Positions 23,712-35,700 of a stretch of DNA of 58,246 nucleotides are shown here, one piece after another (within the stretch, counting starts at the first letter, position 1; the number at the start of each line of letters is the position of its first letter). Location of the stretch: contig NOWV01000116.1 of NCBI GenBank assembly GCA_003344405.1, positions 186,001 through 244,246 of the forward strand, in the 5' to 3' direction. The notes beneath the pieces are model-generated. The model saw nothing but the letters and a program-made list of their open reading frames with translations, did no database searches and was not told where the DNA came from. Both the position numbers and the translations under genes were made by a program. This DNA is from Trichoplax sp. H2. Its lineage: Eukaryota.

Positions 23712-25231
23712 GAGCGGAAATACAGTACAGTAGAACACCTTGGCGCAGAATCAATATTCTACGCAACCGCACTGTGCCGTTCCGGATTTGGACTCTATGC
23801 CTACCGTAGCGGCAGTCTACAGTACAGTATGTGTGCAATTTGTACTGTAAAGTACAGTACCATCACAACCATGGCTAATAATGGTCGTTTTCGAGTAATC
23901 CATGACCTAGGCTAAACTTATCCATCTCTTTAGCCAATCGTATCTAGATTCATCAATTCATTCACGATTTATTCATGTAGTTGTGATTATGGTCAGATTC
24001 TAGTAGTGTATGACCTTGGTAAAACTTGTGCAATCTTTTGATGCTGTCATATCGTATTCATTACCGGTACCAGACTGTACTGTACGTAGTCCACCACACT
24101 AGTATAGTGCTTCGACTGTAGAATGGAAGCCTTCGAGATGCTCTACCATCCAATGAAAACAGGTCTCCCATGCTAGCCATGCAGTGCAGTAGCGGATACA
24201 ATCAAATCGTTGTAGGGTGCCTAACACTTTGCGATTGCAATCCTGGCTAGCTGTGCTCAACTTATCCGAGTCAATTCTTCAGCAATCAGGTACCGTGACC
24301 AAATTGATCGTGCAATTGACTGTACATCGCATTCCTGTTATTAAAATAGAGTAGTTAGCCAGCAGACGTCATGAGCAATTGTGTATGTGCATGGGCAATC
24401 AATCGTTGATCTGGCAAGTTACAGTACACTGATACAGTACATACTGTATATTACAGTATATAGTACTGTACAAGAGTGAGGAGCGGAAATACAGTACAAT
24501 ACAGTAGAACACCTTGGCGCGGAATCAACATTCTACGCAACCGAACTGTTCCGTTCCGGATTTGGACTCTACTGTACAGTGTACTGTACAGTGTACAGTA
24601 TGCATACCGTAGCGGCAGTCTACAGTACTGTACTGTACAGTACAGTATGTGTGCAATTTGTACTGTAAAGTACAGTACCATCACAACCATGGCTAATAAA
24701 TTAATAATAATAATGGTCGTTTTCGAGTAATCCATGACCTAGGCTAAACTTATCCATCTCTTTAGCCAATCGTATCTATATTCATCAATTCATTCACGAT
24801 TTATTCATGCAGTTGTGATTATGGTCAGATTCTAGTAGTGTATGACCTTGGTAAAACTTGTGCAATCTTTTGATGCTGTCATATCGTATTCATTACCGGT
24901 ACCAGACTGTACTGTACGTAGTCCACCACACTAGTATAGTGCTTCGACTGTAGAATGGAAGCCTTCGAGATGCTCTACCATCCAATGAAAACAGGTCTCC
25001 CATGCTAGCCATGCAGTGCAGTAGCGGATACAATCAAATCGTTGTAGGGTGCCCAACACTTTGCGATTGCAATCCTGGCTAGCTGTGCTCAACTTATCCG
25101 AGTCAATTCTTCAGCAATCAGGTACCGTGACCAAATTGATCGTGCAATTGACTGTACATCGCATTCCTGTTATTAAAATAGAGTAGTTAGCCAGCAGACG
25201 TCATGAGCAATTGTGTATGTGCATGGGCAAT
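23631..25231. repeat. Tandem duplication of about 770/830 bp, overlapping the previous duplication
   Basis: caatcgttgatctggcaag...gtgcatgggcaat at about 23631-24399 and again at about 24400-25231. The copies are near-identical apart from TA-anchored micro-insertions and a TAA-rich expansion. Confidence 0.95.
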
Positions 25232-26506
25232 GTTAGCTCCCTCTGACCTACTGCAGTAGTTCCATTTCATAATTGTTTGTCATCAGTAGGTATGCCCTGA
25301 TGAGCACTAGCCGCACTACAGTTTAACCATTTGACTAAAATGCTTACATGCAAATTGATGCAATGGTGCCAAACGAATCAATTGCTTTGACTTTTGTTTA
25401 CTACGGTACAGTCACTTAGTCAAGAATAGAAGAGAGCAGCAGATGCCAAACTCTTGAACATCCTTTGCTGACAGTATTGCATCGTTAGCAAGACATAATG
25501 CGCCGCTAAGGCTTGAAAACGACGTACAGTACATGAATGGATGGTTGTCATTTCGTTATTGATCGAATGGAACAGATGATCCAAGATGTTACAACCTTCT
25601 AATATTCATACTATGCTAACTGCTAAAGATTACCACTACAGTGCGTACATAAATCACACATTTCCAACAAAGACCATCGTTATATTCGTATCAAGCAATC
25701 TGCAGCTAGATGAAATGATCGAGCGAAATAGCTAGAATCCACCATAGTAGTAACTCTTCATTTGCTTGAACGTACTATGAGAGAATTATTTCAGTAAATA
25801 GTGCTGTTAGTAGCGGACTTATGAAATACCATAGAGTAGCTAGAGACTAGACCTCGGCGCGAATCGACCTGCTATCAAGAAAAAATTGCCTCTCAAAAAA
25901 CTACCCCAATGGCGTAGCTAAGCTAGTATTGTTGAATGCATTGCACAGGTGCTTAAAGATGGCTGCAAAGTCATAAAACTCTTATACCCAAGCCATTGAA
26001 ATACTGTCGATTGCATGTACTCGTATACCATCCGTAAACAGTACAATTTTATCCATCATGCCGTATATTGTCACGTACTCCATTACTGACGGTGTGTATC
26101 ATGTGTTTATTTTGAAGGTGCTGTGCATATTTTGCTGCTGGAGTATTGCATAATACACGCTATAAAGGTGAGATATTTTTAGGTAAACACTTACTCATTG
26201 GTTAACTCAGATACCGTTTGCATTATTGATACGATAGTTTTATTAGTACTGTTTTGTTAGTAAATTCCATCAAAAATTTGGCGCATGAGTAAATGTTTTA
26301 AAAATAGTTGTTAACGCAGTGAAATTTTACCTAATTTAGCAAGCTATACAAGCGTAAATAGCGAACAACAGAGCTTCATTAAAGACAAGTCTGACAGATA
26401 TGGTCTGAGAACCTTACGACAGCCGCAGCGTAGTCTTGTGACTGTTATCGGGAAAAGGTCAAAATTTACATTGAAGAAAATAGAAAGATCAAGAATCATA
26501 CGATAT

Positions 26507-29340
26507 ATGGGTAAGCCCTTAATATGAAATTGAAGTTAGATTTTAATGGTAAATCTAATGGATATTAAATTCAATGCTATGACGTTTACCAATCGTTACG
26601 TGATTACAATGAATTTATAAGTTATAAGTGATAAGACTGATGAGATTCGGTTCTTGCTATTATTACAGTACACTAGATAGAGTTATATGTTATGTTTTCC
26701 ACCGCTTTAGCCAGTTAAAAAAATTAGGATGTAGTATAGATATTATTTTGGTTTGCTATCTGCTTGACAAAATGTTGACGCACAATATTTTTTAACTACG
26801 ATCAATACGATATAGCTAGTCAAAGAGGAATCGAATCCTTGGAGAAATTACAGATATCCGATGACCATGATAGCGGATCCGACTTGGTCACTAAACCTCC
26901 AAATATTGTAATTTATGCCGATAATGACAGAAAGGAGGAAGTCAAAAATTTTGTATTTCATAATGTTTCTGCAGATTCTTATGTTGTCTACCATTTAAAT
27001 ATCGATCAAATTTTGAAAGCCCCATGGCAAGAAAACGTGGCTCTACTAGTAATAGCTCATGAGGACATTATTTCAAGCGATATTATGGATGCTTTTACAA
27101 ATTTTGTCAAGGATGGTGGGAAAATCATTAGTTTGTATAGCGGATTTAATTTAGCGGGTATATTGTATATAGATTCTTAAAAATATCAATTAATTATATT
27201 ATTCTCAACTATGGCATGTAAGTGCAAAACGTTATTCTAATGTCCTATGCGTTATCCTATTTTTAATTTAGGCATAACTATTTCTGAATTGCCTTGTGAT
27301 AAAAAATTTCTTTTTGGACAAACGCTATTTAAATCCTCGGATGGCAAAGTTGAAGCACAATTTGACACAGCTATTTTTTGTAAATCTTACGTACTGCCAC
27401 TTGATAATGCTGAAGAGAATATTCGAGTGCTAGCTACATCTTCAATAGAAGATTTACCACAGGCTCAACCTGTCATATTGGATATTTCCTATGGAAAAGG
27501 CAGGGCTATATTAAGCCAAATTCGCTTAGAGAGGAGTCCGGATAATATCGCTGTCGATGACGAGAAAATATTTGCTAAATTGAAAAAATCCAATAGTTAT
27601 CGCTTTTCCGTCTTTACCGAATGCCTATCGATTCTTGGGGTAAAACCTGGATTCACAACTTTGCCAGCTTTGACGCCTGCTTATCTGCTAGGAGAGCCAT
27701 ACGTAATAATGATAACTAATTTATTGTATATCGGTTACGGATGATAACGAATTTGACATGTTCAGCTATTTCAATTTTTCATTGTATTTATTTATATGAC
27801 AGAATTTGCAAGTCTTACAGCAAAAATTAAGCAGAGTATTGCGAGATGGTAAAATAAGCGGTAAAAATCTTACTTTAGAGTTTATCGACGCTTCAGATAA
27901 ATTCCAAGAACAGTCGGAAAATTCTATGACAGTTTTTATGATCAATTCGATATTTCCTCCCAAAAATGCCTGTCAGTCATTTCAGTGGAATGACTATTGG
28001 AGTTCGTTAAAGACGAAAACTCTTGGTCGAACTGTTATGTTCAGTGAAGTTATTACCTCAACTATGACTGTTCTTGAAATGTAGGAAAATTATACATACC
28101 ATTGTAATTTATGATTCATTACGTTTACCATTGACGTAATCAGTTTTAAAATTATGTAATGTGTAGTACGTATTTTGTTTCAGAAATCAGTTCCTGATGA
28201 ATGTAAACCAGGACTCGGGTTTGGTAATTATAGCTAATCAGCAGACACAAGGACGAGGTATGCGGTTGTCAACAGTGCCAGTATAGTTAGCTGTTAAGAT
28301 AATTGACGGAACAATCAGTAATTTCTCTTTATAGTAGCGACTATTATGGCAACTTAATATTTGATTCTAAGCAGGTATTTACTACATTGAACACAGGTAG
28401 ATCCGGTAACAATTGGATTTCTCCGAGAGGGTGTTTAATGACTTCTATTCCGTTAACTATTTCACGGCGCAGCATTATTGGATCGCGATTGCCATTACTT
28501 GTTAATATTACCGGCTTAGCCGTTGTAAAGGCGGTTCGATCCTTGGAAGGATATGAGGTTACAATATCATAGGAATGATTGAACCATTAGTAATAAATAG
28601 TAATTAATGAAAGAAATGCTTGTACTTTTTCTTCCATAGAACATTCCCTTAGGAATCAAGTGGCCGAATGATATTTATTACCGCGATGAAATAAAACTAG
28701 GCGGTATAATTTTGAAATCGCAGACTATCGGAAATAATGATCCACAAATTGTCGTTGGTTAGTAAATAATATCGACCATAACTGGAATAAGAGTTTTATG
28801 AATTTTAAGTAACGATAACACTAATAGTAGTTAATGTTGTAACAAATTATAATATGATCTTTATATGCTTTTAGGCTGTGGATTGAACGTTAGTAATAGC
28901 AATCCAACTATGTGCATTAACGATATTATTGCAAGGTTTAATAATCGAACGGAAGGTGCTAATTTGAAACCAATAAGTGTTGGTCGGCTTGCGGGATTAC
29001 TATATAATAATCTCGAAACCATCATTTCCAACATTGAAAAATTTGGAATTGGACAATTTCAGCGAGAGTATTATAAGTACTGGATTCATAGGTTGTTAAA
29101 AATTTTTTCTTAGTATATTTTCTTTTTTAAGGTAATTAAGAAAGATGATTAATGACATTTTGCTCTTCTAGTAATAAGAAGGTTAAAATCGCTAATCGTG
29201 GTAACGAAGATTTTTCAATAGCCGGTATTAATGATTACGGATTTCTCTGTGTTACGGATCGTCATGGACAGAAAGTAACGTTACAACCGGATGGTAACAG
29301 TTTCGATCTGATGCGAAATCTAATTACATTGAAAAATTAA
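26507..29340 (+). CDS. HLCS: Holocarboxylase synthetase / biotin--protein ligase (9 coding exons, about 597 aa)
   Basis: Exons 26507-26510, 26816-27157, 27272-27702, 27803-28080, 28184-28257, 28397-28557, 28640-28757, 28875-29091 and 29172-29340 are all GT-AG and phase-compatible (1794 nt). Motifs: KPPNIVIY and APWQENVALLVI (N-domain), VITSTM, ANQQTQGRGRSGNNWISPRG (biotin-binding loop), IKWPNDIY, KLGG, GCGLNVSNSNPT, and C-terminal QPDGNSFDLMRNLI. The start codon is uncertain. Confidence 0.95.
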
Positions 29341-32300
29341 ATAAGTATCGAAAAATTATGGAATTGCTCGTATTTATCATTACAAATTTGTTATGTCGCC
29401 ATCTTTATATTGATTAATTAGAATTATATAGCAGTAGTTGCCTAACAGCATCAGTTTCGATATCGTGCTAAATTTAATTTCATAAATGGAAGTGGACAGT
29501 TGTCATGATATGTGTCAAAAGGGTAGTACTTGTTATTATTACTATGCTAGCACTGCTATTAATACAGCTACATTGGGTATTATAGATTAATATGCTGCGT
29601 GACTAAGAAATATCGTAACTGTAGTAGTTCAATAAGACATTAAATTTTTACGAACTTGTATACTTTTCATATTTACATACAGAGTTAAGATATATAACCT
29701 CTAGGAATATTGATCTGGTTGGTCTGTTTCCTACGGCTTTGAAGCCACAGCATATATAAAGTTCGATTATGATAAGTCTGTTTAACATTAATAAATAAAG
29801 TTGCAAAGCGGTTGGTTTAAATTTTGTATATTATCAGTTCAACTTGGGCTTTTATCACAATCTGATAAATTATAATGGATATAAAGTTTAACTTTACTAA
29901 TGATAAGCTTGCAAAAGTCTATTTAATATGTAAAGATGTCCGATAAAGAACTTTAGTTTTTGAATGCAAAATGATGGTCTGCCACGATAAGTGATATACA
30001 ATGACAGAAGCCCATTAGTCAAGGTATTTACGTCACCATATTTGCAGTGCTTTTGCAATTCATGAATAGTTATTGAAGTCTGAACTAATTTCTGTCTCAT
30101 CCTTTACAGTTTCTTAGTTACTAAGATGAGATGAGCTATTGTGCCTGTTATGAAATAACGTAAATCACTTAACATATTTATTATGACCGATTTAGTAATC
30201 GTATACAGTTCCAAACCTACCGTGCTCGCCATATGCCTGTCAGTTAATGCAGTAAACGAGCATTTTATGATGATGAAACGTTCATTCTAAAGATACAGAA
30301 ATATTATTAGACATAGATATTCCGTTATATCCCAGTATCGTAATATAACTGATTAAAAATGCCACCTGCTAGCTGCAGTGTGATGCACTGTAATGTAAAA
30401 GGCATAATTGCAAAATGGTGATCGAACTCAAGCAGTGATACTGCATACAAGATATACGAGTATAGCATATTACTGTTCTTATGAGCTGTATTAGTAAAAT
30501 TTCAGACCAAAACAGATGATACTTGAGGAATTTTTTTTCAGTACATTATGGTACGTTCATACGAGCGGTGAAAACCCAGCGACCAGCGAAGAGTCTTGTG
30601 ATTGCGGTCAAATCCTTTTTATAAGTAATCAAGACAGGTAAAATCGCTAGCTACTAATTCAGCTATCTCCAGCGATGACGTTGTTGAAATAATTATAGCA
30701 GCTGGTGGTAGATACTTTAGACCTGCGCAATTGCAATCGATCATGAAGATTGACTACACATAGAATAGAATTTTTTTATCCATGTCCCTTAAAATAGCTC
30801 TTGAGTTTTCTGACGTTACCGAAAACTATTATTAAATAAAAAATACGATAAAGAAAGCATATAATTAGGTCATTTCAGTATGTTAAAGTTTCTCGCTGAT
30901 ATTTACAATAACTGTAATGTGTCTGGTGAATAATGGTGCAAATATCTATGAACCGGAGCACAGATCTATCAATTGCTGTTATTGGCTTAGATTAATAGAT
31001 TAATTTCGGTTTACTTTTTCTGTAATTGAAATGTATAGGTGATTTTGATGCAGTATGAATGATCTGAAACATACTTATTGCAGAATTTATACCGCTTACA
31101 CTAGAAGTAAGTATATACTGTAGTAAGTTGTACTTTACGAATTGGTAGATAGTATTTCGTACTTCAAATTCAATGCGCAGTTGATAAACTTCCCGTACAA
31201 AAATATCCACATTCTATGTAATAACTTATAGAACTGTGCAATCGTAACTTTATGTTTTGTCATTACTTAGTGATGAAGGAAGTAGTCGATATTTAGCTTA
31301 CACGAAGCTTCCCATTGCTTACTCTATTACGGCGTCTGGTATCTAGGTGACTTATACTTGACAGCAAAACAGATAGTAGATCGTTATTTATTATTATTCG
31401 CTACTGTAACTGACATATTGTGGAAGTTCTCAGTAAGATTGATGGTAATTCAAGCTTTAAGAATAGTATAAAATCCGAATACCGTCCACGACTACTAATT
31501 AGAACTTTGGATTTGGATTGAAACAACTTGACATAGATGTAACGTAATGAATTTTTGTATTAATTTTAACCTTCCTTCTTATATATTGTATAAAAGAATA
31601 AGGATTTGAAGTAAAATTTATTATACCGAATACAATATCATTGATATGTTTATAATGTTATACAGCAAATCTTATGATGATTACTATTAAGGATATAAAG
31701 AACTTTCTGGTATAATTTTAGTTATCTAATAATTATACGAAATAATGCAGTCGTAAGAAGCTGAATATCAGCTACACATTGGTATTTTACGTTAGTAAAA
31801 GGTCTAATTAGCACGAATGCAGATACATCATTCAATTTACACTGGAAATGTGTATCTATTTCAATACCGTATTATATTCCAATGACATCCTTATTTTGTT
31901 GTTACTAGCTTAGATTGGAGGACAACTACTTTAGATAATTTTAATCCATGACTCTTGAATTGTAAAGCCTTCAATACCGTTGCCGATAGTAGCAATGTAT
32001 AGCTCTTATTTTATTAATTTTGTTGAATCCAATACCGATACTTTATTTCTTCAACATTCCTAATAAAGGGTAATATATACACAATGAATAAATATGTGTA
32101 TCATTTATTACTTTAATTTCAATGAATTAAATTACATATCATGACGACAAGATGATTTTATTTGATCAATTATTCTCAATTTTCTTCAACCGTGGCTGAT
32201 TCTTAACAAAAGGCAACATTTTAAAGGGTAGTGGTATGATATTTGGTATTGTAATCAATTAAGGACAAATATATTTAATATTTGCGGATAAATTCCATTT

Positions 32301-32687
32301 TTACAGTAGGTAATGACATTCACATCACATTATCATCATCTGCATCCAGTAAATATAATCATATGTCGATATAATTTTTAATTTTCTATTCATTTGATGG
32401 CTGTCAATAATACGGGTTAATATTAATCTTTTCTAAAGAGTATTGTTATCGAGAAATATATTCCAATTAGATAATAATTAGTTGACGTCAGCATTGCTTG
32501 ATTGCCATCTTTGTAGTTTAATGCAAGAAAATCATATTGATGAACGGCTATTGGCTAGTTTTTTAATAGTTTGGTCCTATCTTGTTATTATCATTATTAT
32601 CAATACATCTAGAAATATCTTTAAATTAATGATAATTTATTTTCAAGATGTAGAAGATTTTCATACGTATTATTTACTGTATATTAA

Positions 32688-32716
32688 TATATAAATATAT
32701 ATATATATATATATAC
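32688..32716. repeat. (TA)n microsatellite
   Basis: tatataaatatatatatatatatatatac. Confidence 0.8.
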
Positions 32717-35700
32717 ATGTAAGATTGATAAGGCTAGGTCTGAACAAAGGCAAAGCTGCACATGTTATTAGATAGATTACGCGGCTAATAAAATGGTAGG
32801 TTCCTGTGCAGTGTATGGGCATGCGACGTTGGCACATAGAGCCAATAGTACAAGTACGCTGTTTCATCGTACGAAAGACAGTCTATAATTACTTTAAAAA
32901 GCATAACTGATTATTCTGTATGATATAGTACTTCACTTTATAATGCTACCATACTTTGAAAAGAAACTACTGCAATTAGTACTAGTCGCTAACGCACGCA
33001 ATCATTCTAACAACAAATCCAACTGGATTTCTGAAATAAACGTTTATCTAAACGCTTACAAACTCTTACATTAAGAAGTAGTATCTTAAATTAATCTGTT
33101 GTATTAAGAGGATTAAGGTAATTTTTTATCCCTTGTAATTTTAATATTATGTGATAAACAATAATTTTAATGACTCATAATTTTATTGATGAATACTTAT
33201 TACTACTTTAGTAATAGAGAAGTCAAAATTTTGTATTTTTACTATCATAACTAGAAATCGTCAATTTCATTATAGCAATTATTTCTTATTTACCTTATTA
33301 TAGAGCATTTTATTTGATTTCATTACTATTCTTAAAGCGATCTATATCAAATAATGATCAACGACTATCAAATGATAAACAAACTGTCCAGTTATCGTCT
33401 TTCTTAATTTAATAGACTTGAAAGGTAATTTCAAGTTTTAATTCATTTCTTACGTATGTAATTAATTAAATTGGATAAATCGCTTTTTATTATTTAATTA
33501 TAATAAAAATTTAATTTAATTTATAGACTGACAAGTCTTAATTATTATATTTGTTATTATTTTTGATCCAACTTTTAACTTGATTACAGAACAATGATTA
33601 CATATTTAAAGGTATAAATAAATATTGCCTCTTTGCATTGAAAATTAGTGTGTTTGTTAGCTTTTATGGCCATGGTTGATTGTTAGATATTGTAAACGAT
33701 GTAAGGATAAAGACGTTTGATTACGTTCATTATTTTGTTGATCAAGCTAATTCATAGATGACAAGATGATAGCTCTATTTTAACTGCTTGAATTAATCAA
33801 ATAAATCATACAGGAGTTTATCTTATCAAAAATCGGACTGTTCCAGGAAATAGGCTGTAATGATATTGATGGAAAGGAAAAATACCTTCCTGCTAATGGT
33901 GATGACGATCATGGTAACGGCAAAACAAATTTAAATTTTACATCAGCTAATCTTGAACGTGGAATTTTTAATTAAGGTAAGGTGATAGTAAATAGTCAAC
34001 AACGAAAGGACCAATATTTTATTTCGTACAGAGATAGTTAAAACTAGCAGTAGGGATAATTTTGCTTTACATTCTGTCGTGTGTCAGTTCATGATTTTAT
34101 AAATTTTCTATCCGAATACTTGAGATGAGTACTAAATAAGATGAATTGCATTCTAAGTAAACTGAATGTAGTCTGAAGTCGTTAATATTGATTATTAGAA
34201 GTCATAAATTAATAATGGGCATACGTAAGCTTCGAAATTTTAGAATTTTAGAGATCATCGTAGCTTAAGTGATGATATTAAGCATTGATAGTTTTGATAC
34301 CTAGATGCCTATTTTATTCGATTTGTTATGACTGGTAATGTCTAAACCTATATAGTTGAGACGCTATAAGCAAATTAAGGGTAATTTTTTCATGATAAAC
34401 TTAAGAGCCCCAAAAAACAAGTGGTCTTACTTACTTTCATCTATTTAATTTATCTTTTGAGGTCATTATAAATAAATTTAAGGAATGTGCGCGTACATGC
34501 ATAGTCTGAATTGGACTGTGATATACAGGGTCGAGATATAGTAATTATTAATTGCCAGGCTTGCAGATCCGTCAAACTGTCCAATTTATTTAGTTAAAAT
34601 TCGAAGTTACTAACGAGTAACTGAATGCAAAACTTAGGAAAGCCGATATGTTGCCAACAAGTAACGAGATCAAATCTCATCAATAACTGTAGGCTAGCTC
34701 TCTTAGCTTAGCTTGCACAGAAGGGTGGACATACAAATCGCAAAACTTGATTTAACGATTTAAGACCTAATGATATTAGGTAAATTTGCAGTCCATATGC
34801 TTACATAATCCTGGAGATAACGTAAATCGAACTGATAATTAGCTTGAATAACTGCCGTTGTTCTAATTTGCAGTCTTAAATACTGCCAGTTTTTGTGTAT
34901 TCATAGTCAAGTGCAGATTACTAATTTAAGGCAATTATATTATAGAAAGAACCATATTTAAATCCCAATTGTTAATACTAATGTTAGCTATTGGATTAGT
35001 AAGAAATACCACGCATGAAAATAACGTATGATATAATATTTATGCTAAGAAAAAGTTAGCAAAAATATATTAATGAAGCTAATAGTAACATTTTTCTATG
35101 CTTAAGTCATGCATAGTATCGCTGAGTATGGCTTATTTATAGAGGTATGATAGAGTTCTTATTACAGCTAATATTAGTTATTAATGGATAAATATTAGGA
35201 AAAATAAATAACCGAATGAAAATTTTAATGTCGCTAGTTTAAGGTCTTGCTACTATTTTACGCAATTGTAAATATATATGCAACGTCAAAGTTTTAAGAT
35301 ATAAGTAGCAGCTATTAGGTTTTAAAGACTCAAATGCAAGTTACTTTTCAATGCGAACATTTTTATAAATGCATCATACTAGTGAATAACAGATTAAAGT
35401 TGAGTGAAGAGCTGAGGGTGTGAAAATAGTTAATTACGCATGAGTACGATATATTAAAGAACAGGATGATTCCAGGCTCTAAACGAACACTAATTATAGT
35501 AATCCATTTGCCTTGACTTCCTGTACGATCTGTGGTATTCCTCCTTTAATTAAGTAGTTTACAGCTATTTAAGAGTAGATATTTATTCTTACACTTTCCT
35601 TAACAATTCATGAAAACAGCTGGAGAATTCTACGATAAACAATGCTAATGCAAGTCCAACTGATTTCGTATGCGTTATTTTAGACGAAGAAACATTGCTT

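Larger units (their letters stand above)
23100..25231 (+). pseudogene. Probable decayed ankyrin-repeat gene relic under the duplications
   Basis: Plus-strand fragments ANCSALHFG (~23470), MANNGRFRVIHDL (~23871) and FTIYSCSCDYGQILVVYDL (23961). After removing TA-anchored inserts, GAEIEH and GSLCVQFVKYHHNHG also appear. All resemble parts of the ankyrin consensus. Confidence 0.42.
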
